Source: a virus | Direction: 5' to 3' (one strand) | Virus record (IMG/VR): IMGVR_UViG_3300042484_001840 | Location: 32,001-96,000 of that record | DNA: 64,000 nucleotides | Part shown: positions 28,417 to 38,375 of the stretch, piece after piece | Position numbering within the stretch: position 1 is the first letter of the stretch | How the letters are laid out: the number at the start of each line of letters is the position of its first letter | The notes under the pieces: model-generated | What the model was told of the DNA's origin: nothing | The model's input: the letters and a program-made list of their open reading frames with translations, nothing else | Database searches by the model: none | Program-made: the position numbers and the translations under genes

Positions 28417-30447
28417 ATGACGGGCTTTTTTGACCGTCTGAAAAATATAGCAAAAACGCTATTTCGTCATGGTGGGCTTATTTATATACCAGTAGCAATC
28501 CTTGGCTTCTTTGCCCCTACTAACGCTAAAGCAGAAGTTCAATATGGCTTATCTGTGACTTTTTGGGATAACTACACGGGTCAAAATGGGCAGTTTAACA
28601 ATGCTCCGCCAATTCCTCCAACAACTCCCATCTGCTTAGAAACTACATACTTTTCCCTAGTTCATAACTTTAGTAACACCCCTGTCTGTGGAATTTATGA
28701 TGATTTTGTTATGCGTGCCGAAGGGTACATAACAGCACCCGTTAGCGGAACATACAGGCTATATCTGCACGGCGATGATGGTGTAAAACTTTACCTAGAT
28801 GATTCCATAATTATTGATGCTTGGTACGATTCTGGCAACGCTGGATACGCCGTAGATGTTGAGTTCACCGAAGGAGTCTCTAAGTCTTTGACGGCTTGGT
28901 ACTACGAAAATGGCGGCGGCGCACAAGTAAGGCTTGATTACCTAGTTGATGGTCAGTGGATTGCAGTCCCAGATTCTTGGTTTACTCAGAACATTCAAAC
29001 TCCCCCAACAACTACAACCACACTTCCCCCATACCTCAATCCAGTAACAAATTTAATTGCTGTTGCAAAACCAGATGGGAGCGTAGACCTAGGTTGGGAC
29101 GCACCAACATCAAGTAATGTTGATATCTACGCTTACTCAGTTAGTTTTTATGACCTTGACGAGATTGGTGGAACCACATCTGGTGGCTGGGGAGTTTGGA
29201 CTAATCAAGGAACAATTTATTCACTTGCTGAATATATGTTTTCTGGAAGTAATCCTGTCACGACTGGATACGGACCTGTACGCTTTGGTGTCAAAGCGGG
29301 AAATCAAAGTTGCTTTTCTAGTGAGGGCGTAGGTCCGTGTGTGTACGGTCCTGAATTAACTGTTGATGCGACTGTTTTTGACCCAACTCCACCCACAACA
29401 ACTACTCCAGAAATTCCAGAAACGACGACAACATGGGTTCCAGATACAACATCCACAATCCCTCCGATGACGAGTACTACTACTGTCCCCATAGAGACTG
29501 TCCCTGTAACGACGACAGAGCCGACGACAGAGCCACCTACAGAAACGACAGTGGCGGAAGAACCAGAGACCACACCGACAACTGAAGCGGAGGTTCCAGT
29601 TGAAACCAGTGCCCCAGAACCAGAACAAGAGGGACCCGACTCAACGCTACCTGAATCAACAGAACCACCCGAAACAACGCCAACGACGAGTGAAGCGCCG
29701 ATAGATGTCCCTGAGGATGTTCAAGATGCCGCTGAAGAGGCTGTTGATGAAATTCTAGCATCATCTGAAAATATTGAAGAACTATCTAATGCTGTTGATG
29801 AACTGGTTGCTGAGGCTGATACACCAGAAGAACTAGTAGCGGTTATTGACGCTCTTCTTGGGACTGACCTGACAGATGAGCAGTTTGACGCAGTTATTGA
29901 CTCTGTGTTCTCTGAGCCTTTGACGGATGAAAACTTCTCTGCTGCCCTTGACGCAGTATTTGAAGAACCTCTTTCTGATGAGCAGTTTGATTCTGTTATC
30001 ACTGCAATTTTAGACGAGCCATTATCTGACGAGCAATTTGAGGAACTTGTTAGCGTTCTTGAATCAGACTCCGTTACTGAAGAGCAGGTTTCATCTGCTG
30101 TTGATGAAATCATTGCTAATGAAATTTCAGAAGAGCAAGCAGTTGATCTTGCCACTAGTGCAAAAGTTTTGGAAAGCATTGATGGCGAGCAGGCAACAGA
30201 AATTTTTGATGCGGTTGAAATTTCTGCCGTGTCAGAAGAAGAAGCCGCCCAACTTGTAGAGGCTGTTCAAGATGCTCCAACTGAAGTAAAAGAAGCATTT
30301 GAAACTGAAATCAATATTTTCCAAGGCGCTATTGATATATATGTTCCGCTTGGCTCAAGTATTTCAGTTGGCGGACGGCGTGTAGTCGTTGCAGTCAGTA
30401 CCGTCATTGTTATTGCCCCTGCCCCAATTATATCTAGGAGACGCTAG
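28417..30447 (+). CDS. Membrane-anchored surface protein with PA14 domain, Thr/Pro linker and acidic repeats
   Basis: Signal-like N-terminus (AKA|E), PA14 motifs (GYITAPVSGTYRLYLHGDDGVKLYLD, YYENGGGA), LSDEQFxxVI repeats, C-terminal TM plus RRR. Confidence 0.75.
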   Translation: MTGFFDRLKNIAKTLFRHGGLIYIPVAILGFFAPTNAKAEVQYGLSVTFWDNYTGQNGQFNNAPPIPPTTPICLETTYFSLVHNFSNTPVCGIYDDFVMRAEGYITAPVSGTYRLYLHGDDGVKLYLDDSIIIDAWYDSGNAGYAVDVEFTEGVSKSLTAWYYENGGGAQVRLDYLVDGQWIAVPDSWFTQNIQTPPTTTTTLPPYLNPVTNLIAVAKPDGSVDLGWDAPTSSNVDIYAYSVSFYDLDEIGGTTSGGWGVWTNQGTIYSLAEYMFSGSNPVTTGYGPVRFGVKAGNQSCFSSEGVGPCVYGPELTVDATVFDPTPPTTTTPEIPETTTTWVPDTTSTIPPMTSTTTVPIETVPVTTTEPTTEPPTETTVAEEPETTPTTEAEVPVETSAPEPEQEGPDSTLPESTEPPETTPTTSEAPIDVPEDVQDAAEEAVDEILASSENIEELSNAVDELVAEADTPEELVAVIDALLGTDLTDEQFDAVIDSVFSEPLTDENFSAALDAVFEEPLSDEQFDSVITAILDEPLSDEQFEELVSVLESDSVTEEQVSSAVDEIIANEISEEQAVDLATSAKVLESIDGEQATEIFDAVEISAVSEEEAAQLVEAVQDAPTEVKEAFETEINIFQGAIDIYVPLGSSISVGGRRVVVAVSTVIVIAPAPIISRRR

Positions 30448-31631
30448 TGAAAAAGTTTAAATATGTGTTTGTTTTAGTTGCTGTTGTTTTTGGATTGACT
30501 GCATCTCAATCTTTTGCAACAACAACTTCAATTGGCGATTCAGATTTTGAAAATGGCTCTTTGTCTGGATGGGAAAAAGGAACACAAACTGGTTCGCTTT
30601 CTAGCGGTCAAGTTAGCGGAAGCGGAAGTGGCGTTACATTAATCAATAGTTCTGTAACTTTTTCTGCTGGATCTAAGAATGCCGTTGGAAGCCCCACTAT
30701 TGGAGGTTTGCCCAACCCTTATTATGCTCCTGCCGTTGAGCCGACTACATGGACATTCTCCCCTTATGGGACATACGGGGTTGCGCTTCAGCCTAATGGT
30801 CAACAAACATTTGATAATGCAACATCAGCATTGGGATTGAGTTCATCTGAAAATACTGCTATTAAGTCAATGCTTTCAACGCAAGCATCACAATCAGGAA
30901 ATGGCAGTGGTGCGCCAACGGACGCTTCGTGGATTACAAAAGTAGTTACTCTTAATGCTGGAACGACATACACAATGTCATGGAACTACATTGGTACGGA
31001 CTATGTTCCATTCAATGATGGTTCTATTACTTCTCTTGTCTACCAAGGAAGTGGCACGCCTCCAGTAGTTACAGTCAATAACGGAGTATCAAAGTATGCC
31101 CTATTAGGTTTTACAAACCCAGGTACTGGAGATTACTCAACTGGAACCTTTGGTTCAACTGGGTGGCAAGTTTCAACATATCAAGTTTCTATTACGGGGA
31201 CTTACCTTTTAGGATTTGTTGTATTCAACCTAGATGACAATTCACTTTCTCCTGTTCTTTTGGTTGACAGTCAACCAGGTCTAACTTTAAAAAATGGTGA
31301 GAATTTTGGCGCAGTAACGCCAAATAATCCAGATGCACCTGTCGTCACGACATCCCCTCCAACAACTGTTCCCGCAGTAACAACTGCTCCGCCAACTACG
31401 GTTCCAGAAACCACGACCACAACACCGACTGTAACGATTGCTCCAGAAACAACAAGTCCTGAAGTTGTAGTTACCCCTGTAACGGAGCCAGTGGTAACCG
31501 TTCCTATTGAATCATTGCCAGTTACTGGAAATAGCGTCAATTTATTGTTTGTTTTTAGTTTGATATCAACCTTGATTGGACTCGGTTGTATTTGGATTCG
31601 CAAAGAAGGGATTAGTAAAGAAAATGTTTAA
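30447..31631 (+). CDS. Secreted protein with LPXTG-type sorting signal
   Basis: Signal peptide MKKFK...SFA, Thr/Pro-rich stalk, LPVTG followed by a hydrophobic helix and RK tail. Confidence 0.75.
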   Translation: MKKFKYVFVLVAVVFGLTASQSFATTTSIGDSDFENGSLSGWEKGTQTGSLSSGQVSGSGSGVTLINSSVTFSAGSKNAVGSPTIGGLPNPYYAPAVEPTTWTFSPYGTYGVALQPNGQQTFDNATSALGLSSSENTAIKSMLSTQASQSGNGSGAPTDASWITKVVTLNAGTTYTMSWNYIGTDYVPFNDGSITSLVYQGSGTPPVVTVNNGVSKYALLGFTNPGTGDYSTGTFGSTGWQVSTYQVSITGTYLLGFVVFNLDDNSLSPVLLVDSQPGLTLKNGENFGAVTPNNPDAPVVTTSPPTTVPAVTTAPPTTVPETTTTTPTVTIAPETTSPEVVVTPVTEPVVTVPIESLPVTGNSVNLLFVFSLISTLIGLGCIWIRKEGISKENV

Positions 31632-31800
31632 AAAATTTCGTAGAGAGATTGCCGCACTTGCATGGACTCTTGGCGGAACCGCAATGGTTCTCATTACGCT
31701 GAGCGGTCAAACTTTGAATCAAGGTTTGTGGATTGTGCTTTTTTCATTTATTTTGCACATGATTGGCGTATTATTTACCAAAGATGATAACGATAAATAA
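31624..31800 (+). CDS. Small two-TM membrane protein (holin candidate)
   Basis: Two hydrophobic segments; directly upstream of the endolysin. Confidence 0.5.
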   Translation: MFKKFRREIAALAWTLGGTAMVLITLSGQTLNQGLWIVLFSFILHMIGVLFTKDDNDK

Positions 31801-31832
31801 TGTATAATATATAAAACACTTCTGGAGAAAAA

Positions 31833-32636
31833 ATGACACTTCCTTTCATTAAACTCGTCGTACCAACCGCTCTTAAGCAGTATAAGAATGGTCAGTTGGC
31901 AGAGAGTGTGCTTGCGCCAGTTAAAACAGGCGGAAAAATGTATGCACCTGTTGCTGCTGAATTCAACAAGATGTACGACGCGGCGCTTGCTGCTGGGTTC
32001 AAACTGAAGAATGTTGGTGACTATCGCTCTTTTCAGGGTCAGTTGTCAATGTTTATGGACCGCTATGTCACGACAGACACTGGCACTGGCGTGACTCGTC
32101 AATATGAGGGTAAGACTTGGTATCTCAAGAAGGGCAAGGCTCCTTCAGCCGCTCCAGACCCAACTGGTCTTAAGGGTTCTAATCATGGCTGGGGACTAGC
32201 AATTGACCTTGGTTACGATGTCAACGGCAAACTCACCTCAATGGGCGGTGCTTGCTTTGATTGGATGTGCGCTAACGCCCCTAAGTATGGTTTCTACCTT
32301 CAGGGCAACAATAAGGCATCCAAGGAATTTGAGGCTTGGCACTGGCAGTACTGCCTCGGTGATGCATCGCCAGACGGTTCAGTTCAAGCCGCTCCAGCGT
32401 CCGCTCCCGCACCTGCCCCTGCTGGCAGTGGAATGAAGTTTGATTACCCCGGCACGCCAGTTTCGCTAGGTTCAAAAGGACCAGCCGCTTCTCTTGTTCA
32501 AGCAATCATTGGTGCAAAGGCAGATGGAGACTTTGGTCCGAAGTCTGTTGCTTCACTGAAGGCTTGGCAAACTGCAAATGGCTTAACTGCCGATGGTTCA
32601 GTTGGTCCTGTTACATGGAAGAAAATGTTCGGCTAA
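31833..32636 (+). CDS. Endolysin: M15/VanY-type peptidase plus peptidoglycan-binding domain
   Basis: YRS...SNHGWGLAID...EAWHW zinc-peptidase motifs; C-terminal DGDFGPKS...WQTANGLTADGSVGPVTW. Confidence 0.9.
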   Translation: MTLPFIKLVVPTALKQYKNGQLAESVLAPVKTGGKMYAPVAAEFNKMYDAALAAGFKLKNVGDYRSFQGQLSMFMDRYVTTDTGTGVTRQYEGKTWYLKKGKAPSAAPDPTGLKGSNHGWGLAIDLGYDVNGKLTSMGGACFDWMCANAPKYGFYLQGNNKASKEFEAWHWQYCLGDASPDGSVQAAPASAPAPAPAGSGMKFDYPGTPVSLGSKGPAASLVQAIIGAKADGDFGPKSVASLKAWQTANGLTADGSVGPVTWKKMFG

Positions 32637-32641
32637 GAATC

Positions 32642-32989
32642 ATGGAACCATCTAAAATTGCATTAATTCAAGCACTTCTTAATGGCGCGCAGATCAATGT
32701 CGTTCCAGATCAAATTCGTTTAAATCCAGCAGAAAAGGATTTGGCTGAATCTCTTCTGCGCATTGCTACAACTTACGGAAAATTTGACGAAGTAGGCGGA
32801 GGAATCTACGCGGCTTATGATTCTGGCGCACTGAATGAAACACAAAACATTGGCGTTAAATGCTCAAATTGTGTTTTGTATGCTGGTGGAGATCGTTGTA
32901 AAATTATTTCGCTAGCAGTTGAACCAACTGGTAAATGTAGATTTGCTGTTATCCCCGATGGAGTGGTTAAGGGATATGGCAAAATATGA
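32642..32989 (+). CDS. Hypothetical protein with HiPIP-like four-Cys motif
   Basis: KCSNCVLY...CKII...VEPTGKCRF. Confidence 0.55.
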   Translation: MEPSKIALIQALLNGAQINVVPDQIRLNPAEKDLAESLLRIATTYGKFDEVGGGIYAAYDSGALNETQNIGVKCSNCVLYAGGDRCKIISLAVEPTGKCRFAVIPDGVVKGYGKI

Positions 32990-33366
32990 GCGACAGGTTC
33001 TTCTATCAAGCAAAGGTTGTGAATGTTGTTGACGGTGACACTCTGGACCTCTTGGTGGACCTTGGTTTCAATGTACATCACAATATCCGCGTTCGTTTGC
33101 ATGGCATCAATACGCCTGAATCAAAGACGACGGATATCAAAGAAAAAGAACTCGGACTAAAGGCAAAAGACTATACAAAAGACTGGATTGCTCGGCATCC
33201 CGTAGTTTTTGTTAGCACGGTTAAAGATAAGAAAGAAAAGTTTGGTCGCATACTTGCAAATATCTATAGCGACGAAACTAAGAATGTTTCACTAAATGAT
33301 TCTTTAGTAGATGCTGGCTACGCTCGCGTTTACAATGGCGAGAAAAGAACTGGGTGGTTTGATTGA
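32986..33366 (+). CDS. Thermonuclease (SNase-like)
   Basis: VVDGDT, RVRLHGINTPE, KFGRILA, LVDAGYARVY. Confidence 0.9.
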   Translation: MSDRFFYQAKVVNVVDGDTLDLLVDLGFNVHHNIRVRLHGINTPESKTTDIKEKELGLKAKDYTKDWIARHPVVFVSTVKDKKEKFGRILANIYSDETKNVSLNDSLVDAGYARVYNGEKRTGWFD

Positions 33367-33406
33367 CATGGGACTCCAAAACCTACAGAAACAGTGGTAT
33401 TAAATC

Positions 33407-33925
33407 ATGGCAGATAGAAATGGTGACCTTATTGTTTATCATCGCTCAGACTGCGGTTCTGGCTATGTAAGAATGTATGGCTTCGGCGGAGATGGCACAG
33501 GTCAATCTTGCGGAAAATGGGGATTAGAAGATTGGCAAATAGACATCATTCATCAATATGACTGGAACTTCAAAGCGGAAGACCTGAACCAATTGAAAAT
33601 CTATCGCGATGGTGATTTATTTGGCAACGGGAAGTTATCCCCAGAGCAATTTCAGTTGGCAGTGAATTATGTAGCAGGATGCCATACGGATGCATATGGT
33701 CACCTACTCAACGACGATGGGAGTAGGCAGGATGGACAAAATCCTCAAGATTCCCAAGGTTTCTATTTGGCATTTAATGTAAACAATAGATGTCCAGATA
33801 GCACAAGAAGGGAATGCCCTGAGAATCACGCCCGTTGGAAAAGTTTAGAGGCATCAATGGGAGGGGACATGAGCGCTTTTGGCGGTGGACCCGAGACTTG
33901 GAAATTAATTCCGTACAACGGATAA
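33407..33925 (+). CDS. Hypothetical protein
   Basis: 172-aa ORF in gene order; no motif recognised. Confidence 0.6.
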   Translation: MADRNGDLIVYHRSDCGSGYVRMYGFGGDGTGQSCGKWGLEDWQIDIIHQYDWNFKAEDLNQLKIYRDGDLFGNGKLSPEQFQLAVNYVAGCHTDAYGHLLNDDGSRQDGQNPQDSQGFYLAFNVNNRCPDSTRRECPENHARWKSLEASMGGDMSAFGGGPETWKLIPYNG

Positions 33926-33942
33926 TAAAAGTTTGGATTGAT

Positions 33943-34143
33943 ATGGGACTACAAGAAGCACTTATTGGTTTTGCTGTAGCATTTATTGGCTTATTGACGG
34001 CACTTGTTGAAAAAGGTCGTCGCGAAAATTCCCGTGATCACAATACGGTTCGTGACCGCCTAGACGACATCAAGTTAGATGTTCGCGAGGTTCGCACTGT
34101 GTTAACCGACCATCTTCAGGCTCACTCAGAAGATAAAAAGTAA
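33943..34143 (+). CDS. Small membrane/coiled-coil protein
   Basis: N-terminal TM then RRENSRDH...HLQAH. Confidence 0.55.
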   Translation: MGLQEALIGFAVAFIGLLTALVEKGRRENSRDHNTVRDRLDDIKLDVREVRTVLTDHLQAHSEDKK

Positions 34144-34365
34144 TTACTTTTTAGTTTTCTTCTTTTTCTTCTTAGTAAATTCAGCATCCTGCTGGCGCTT
34201 CCACGCCAAATATTCTGGCGGATACTTTCTTTTTTCTGGATGCATCAAGTATTCGTGAATATCAAATGATTGCTTTGTGTCCTTATTGCAGTGAGGACAA
34301 ATTTGAGTACTGGCAGGGTAGTCGCTAGTTTGCCAAGTCACTGGTACTCTCCGCAGGATGGGCAC
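34144..34365 (-). CDS. Hypothetical basic protein with CPHC
   Basis: Convergent ORF with Lys-rich tail. Confidence 0.45.
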   Translation of the reverse strand: MPILRRVPVTWQTSDYPASTQICPHCNKDTKQSFDIHEYLMHPEKRKYPPEYLAWKRQQDAEFTKKKKKKTKK

Positions 34366-34567
34366 TTATCATCGCCCCATTTTAGCGGCTGACCGCAGTC
34401 ATAGCAATACAGGATTTCTTCTTCGGCGTTATTGTTTTCTTTACTGTCCACAGTTGGATTGTACCGCATGATAAGTTTTACCTAGGTGAATGCAGACTAT
34501 GTAATAATAGGTATGCATGCCGAATTGAGCAAGATGAGCCTGTATTTTCTAATTTATATGGAGTAAA

Positions 34568-34900
34568 ATGAATGATGTAATTAGTAATGATGTTTTCTGG
34601 CATAAAGACAATCATGTCATTCATTTGCAACTAAACAAAAGCGAAGTATCTATCGTCCATGTTCACTGCCCTCATACTGAAGACAGAGAATGCCGTATTG
34701 GGAAATTTGAATGTATCGTTTCTTGGTTCTTGGATAGGTACGGACTTGAATGCAATGTTGGCATTTGTGAGATTTCGTCCGAGATTGAAATAGCATGGTC
34801 TGCGGTCGGGGAAGACTTTGACGATCCAGAACTATGCCAAGTTTGGGTAATCCCAGTAAACGATGAAGCGTTCTCCGCTTGGCTGATTACTCAGGCGTAA
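34568..34900 (+). CDS. Hypothetical Cys-containing protein
   Basis: GGAG RBS, 110 aa. Confidence 0.6.
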   Translation: MNDVISNDVFWHKDNHVIHLQLNKSEVSIVHVHCPHTEDRECRIGKFECIVSWFLDRYGLECNVGICEISSEIEIAWSAVGEDFDDPELCQVWVIPVNDEAFSAWLITQA

Positions 34901-35369
34901 CTTCAGTATCTGTATATCTTTCGGCTTCTTCCACATACTTCTTAACCTCAGGCATAAGCGTGTCTAGGAACCTACTGATATCAGGGTGATTTAAGCCCTC
35001 TTTGAAATTGAACGAATAAGTGTTTCTGTTTTTGACTTTTGTCTTTGTTATGAGTTTACTTTTCAAAAGCAGTTTCACTGAGTGATTAATATTTGATTCT
35101 GAGACTCCGATGTATTTTGATAATGCTCGTTGAGTAATTCCAGAATCTTCAATGATTGCTATGAGAACTCGCCCATGACTATTGAGTAGTTGTACCTGAT
35201 TAGGTTTGGCGTAAGTAACAAGATGATGCCTGTCCAGTAAGTGCATGATCCTGTCGGTAACTGCTTCAGCAGATTCACCTTTATCCATTGCAATTTGAAT
35301 AGTGATCTTAAGTGGTTCAAAAATTTCAAGTTTACTATTAATTGACACTGGTTCAGCAGAATTAATCAT
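34887..35369 (-). CDS. MarR-like winged-helix DNA-binding protein
   Basis: RVLIAI...GITQRALSKYIGVSESNINHSVKLLLKSKLITKTK...NTY. Confidence 0.75.
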   Translation of the reverse strand: MINSAEPVSINSKLEIFEPLKITIQIAMDKGESAEAVTDRIMHLLDRHHLVTYAKPNQVQLLNSHGRVLIAIIEDSGITQRALSKYIGVSESNINHSVKLLLKSKLITKTKVKNRNTYSFNFKEGLNHPDISRFLDTLMPEVKKYVEEAERYTDTEVTPE

Positions 35370-35437
35370 ACAAATGCACTATAGTACATTGGACAACCAC
35401 GGCACGCCCATTGAGCCTCAATTTATGGAGACAGTAA

Positions 35438-35680
35438 ATGAGCCTTGAAAACAAACTCAATAGCCTCAAGCAAATTAGGGATCTGAAGAATGTGTGTACC
35501 GTTGGCGGCATTATCAATGAGTTACCAGAAGTAGAGAAGAAGGCGCTAGTCAGTGCCCTTAGTTCTAAAGCCTCAACACGAGGAATCTACGATGCTCTCA
35601 AATCTGAAGGTTTCAAGATTGATAGACAAACAATAACTCTTCACCGTAAGGGCTATTGCCGATGTAAGGAGCAAGAATGA
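35438..35680 (+). CDS. Small Zn-binding/HTH-like protein coupled to phosphoesterase
   Basis: CTVG...HRKGYCRC; overlaps the next start. Confidence 0.6.
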   Translation: MSLENKLNSLKQIRDLKNVCTVGGIINELPEVEKKALVSALSSKASTRGIYDALKSEGFKIDRQTITLHRKGYCRCKEQE

Positions 35681-36900
35681 CCGATCTATCCAAGCGCCTC
35701 GCTGCTGTAGAGAATCAAGCAGAACTTGAGGACGCAGTAAAGAAGAAGAAGTCACCCCAAGGATGGGAACCTGGTGTTGTCTGGGAAGGCACAAAAGGAA
35801 CTATCACCACAAGTGCGGTATATGAACCGCCGAAGGAATGGTCATCACTCCTGAAAGAACGAGGACTAGACCCCGACCTTTACGAGATCGTCGGAGACAC
35901 AATTCGCTGGACATCTTTTGATGGATGGAAGCGAGATGCACCTGGCGACGAGGCATATAGCACTATTTGTTATTCTTACAAGGCTGATATACGCCTGAAG
36001 TCCCCAGAACGACCCAATTTGGACGAGATATATCAGGCTATAAAGAAGGCAAAAAAGCCCTCTAAAGAAGCACCCTCTGGAGACACCACTTTTGTCATTG
36101 CTCTGTCGGATTGGCAGACAGGAAACCGTGATGGTGGCGGAGTACAAAAGCAGGTAGAAGAGATCGCCGCGCTTCCAGATAAATTAGTTAAAAGAGTTCG
36201 TGACCTGCGCAAATGCGGTACGAAAATCAACCATATCCTTATTGTTGGCTTAGGCGACCTAGTAGAAGGAACTTGCGGACACTACCCAGCCCAGCAATTC
36301 CGTATTGAAGTAGACCGCCGAGAGCAGATGAAGATTGTCCGAAGGGGAATCCGCGACATCATTATGGCTCTAGCCCCCTTAGTAGAGCGCGTCACCGTTA
36401 CTGCTGTTGGTGGAAACCACGGTGAAAACAGAGGATTGAGCGGAAAAGCCTTCACCACAACTGGAGACAACGACGATGTTGCCATCTTTGAGCAGATTGC
36501 CGAAGCCTTCCAGATGAACAAAGAAGCCTTTCCCAATGTCAGTTGGCGTATTCCGCTAGAACGATTGACCACTTCTGTTGAGATTAACGGCAAGATCATC
36601 GCCTTTACTCACGGACACCTTAGTAAGCCTTCTGGGAACGCCGCACAATCTGTATGGAATTGGTGGAAAGACCAGGCTCACGGACGCGCTCACCCAGGTG
36701 TTGCCGATGCCGACATCCTCGTAACAGGGCATTATCACCACTTCAATGCCAAAGAACAGGAAGGGCGAGCACTATTCGTCTGCCCAAGCATCGTATCTGT
36801 TGGTGAATACTTCCAAGATACCTATGGAGTCAAGACTCGTGCAGGCACTTTGACCTTCTGTGTCAATAGCGTCGGATGGACAGAAATGTCAATTGTCTAA
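35677..36900 (+). CDS. Metallophosphoesterase (calcineurin-like/Mre11 fold)
   Basis: SDWQ, GLGDLVEG, GGNHG, FTHGH, TGHYHH. Confidence 0.88.
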   Translation: MTDLSKRLAAVENQAELEDAVKKKKSPQGWEPGVVWEGTKGTITTSAVYEPPKEWSSLLKERGLDPDLYEIVGDTIRWTSFDGWKRDAPGDEAYSTICYSYKADIRLKSPERPNLDEIYQAIKKAKKPSKEAPSGDTTFVIALSDWQTGNRDGGGVQKQVEEIAALPDKLVKRVRDLRKCGTKINHILIVGLGDLVEGTCGHYPAQQFRIEVDRREQMKIVRRGIRDIIMALAPLVERVTVTAVGGNHGENRGLSGKAFTTTGDNDDVAIFEQIAEAFQMNKEAFPNVSWRIPLERLTTSVEINGKIIAFTHGHLSKPSGNAAQSVWNWWKDQAHGRAHPGVADADILVTGHYHHFNAKEQEGRALFVCPSIVSVGEYFQDTYGVKTRAGTLTFCVNSVGWTEMSIV

Positions 36901-36936
36901 GAAGTTCATATAAATCTAACGGAGAATTAGGGAAGT

Positions 36937-37548
36937 ATGACAACTATTATTGGACTACAAGGTGACCGCTGGTGTGCAGTAGGAGCGGACAGCCTCATTA
37001 CATCAATGGACGAAAGCGGGTTCATTACTAGTCAACAAGTCCTGTCTAGCACTTCATCTAAACTTATCTCAAAGAACGGTTACATCATAGGAGCGGCAGG
37101 AGATGTCAGAGCAATCAACATCCTGCATCATGTCTACGAACCGCCCACTATACCTAGAACACTAGTACCAAGCAGAATAGATCAGTTCGTCACTAAGGAA
37201 GTCATCCCAAGCCTAAGAGAGTGCTTTGACAACCAAGGCTACAGCCCTCCAGATAAATCTGACCGAGAACACCAAGCCCAACAAGACTCAACAATCCTCA
37301 TAGCAGTCAAAGCCCGTATCTACATTATTGACAACGACTACTCATGGGCACAAGACGAACGAGGCATTTACACCATTGGTACAGGTTGCCAGTATGCAAC
37401 AGCAACATTGCATCTACTTACAGGGAACACAACCAAAGCCCTTACCCAAGATAAGGCAATCTCCCATATACAGAAAGCCCTGTCCATCGCGTCTCACCAC
37501 GACCCGTACACAGGACCGCCACACCACATCCACACCCAGACCACATGA
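36937..37548 (+). CDS. HslV/proteasome beta-type N-terminal threonine protease
   Basis: MTTIIG...GADS...SKL...GAAG...IGTG, characteristic of Ntn proteases with Thr1. Confidence 0.8.
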   Translation: MTTIIGLQGDRWCAVGADSLITSMDESGFITSQQVLSSTSSKLISKNGYIIGAAGDVRAINILHHVYEPPTIPRTLVPSRIDQFVTKEVIPSLRECFDNQGYSPPDKSDREHQAQQDSTILIAVKARIYIIDNDYSWAQDERGIYTIGTGCQYATATLHLLTGNTTKALTQDKAISHIQKALSIASHHDPYTGPPHHIHTQTT

Positions 37549-37566
37549 AAGCCACACTTTTACCAC

Positions 37567-37857
37567 ATGTTTCCCATAAGCCAACCAGTGTTCTTCAAGA
37601 AGGCTAACTGCCTAGGACAGACACACTTAATGTTCCCCCAACACCATAAGGACATTACTTACATCCAACAAGCACGAGAACTCTGTAGTACTTGCAGTGT
37701 GAGCAAACAATGCCTAGAATATGCTCTTGAGTTTCCAGCAGCAGACATGCACGGAGTATGGGCAGGTTTGACAAGTAGGCAGTTATCTGCGGAACAAAAG
37801 CGCAGGGGAATCAAGGCAACACGACCCACATTGGCTCAAATGTGGGGAGATAAGTAA
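37567..37857 (+). CDS. whiB: WhiB-family transcription factor
   Basis: ANC...ARELCSTCSVSKQCLEYAL...GVWAGLT; four Cys plus the GVWxG turn. Confidence 0.9.
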   Translation: MFPISQPVFFKKANCLGQTHLMFPQHHKDITYIQQARELCSTCSVSKQCLEYALEFPAADMHGVWAGLTSRQLSAEQKRRGIKATRPTLAQMWGDK

Positions 37858-37941
37858 GTATCCCAATAAGTAACATAGATTTTACACAAAACACTACAAA
37901 TTCATGTAATTTACCACTATACAAACAATAGAAGGATAGTT

Positions 37942-38172
37942 ATGTCTACAACCCTCACCTACAACCAGTGGATAGCAATCGGAATAGAACAAGGATGGTG
38001 CGGACCAGCAGTCTGCTACACCCATGATGGACTACCGACTACGGCTGATGAGGACGACGAGTTTCAAGAGAGCGACCCGTGCATCCATATCATCAGACTG
38101 TATGAGGATCACGAGACGAGACTGGCGATAGAGAACAACCATTCGGCTAGCAACTGGCGCAAACCGATATGA
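37942..38172 (+). CDS. Hypothetical protein
   Basis: GWCGPAVCYTHDGLP...DPCIHIIRLY; AAGGA RBS. Confidence 0.6.
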   Translation: MSTTLTYNQWIAIGIEQGWCGPAVCYTHDGLPTTADEDDEFQESDPCIHIIRLYEDHETRLAIENNHSASNWRKPI

Positions 38173-38375
38173 GCATCCTTGACGACCTCAAGGCGAGGAT
38201 AGATCAACTCATGAAGGACACTGAGGCTCTTGATGAGGAGTTGGATGAGTGGCAGATCACCAACAACAAGAACTGCATTGCGGAGTTGAAGAGTGACCTA
38301 GTGAGGTTACAGAAACTCATTGACGGGCACTTGAGTACTAAGCAACCCGAATCCGACACTCAGGGCAAAAACTAG
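38169..38375 (+). CDS. Hypothetical coiled-coil protein
   Basis: Coupled to the previous gene; heptad pattern. Confidence 0.5.
   Translation: MSILDDLKARIDQLMKDTEALDEELDEWQITNNKNCIAELKSDLVRLQKLIDGHLSTKQPESDTQGKN

Noticed and set aside
1043-32505. Numerous antisense and alternate-frame ORFs over the structural genes
   Set aside because: They overlap long, motif-bearing plus-strand genes, lack RBS and have shadow-like composition.
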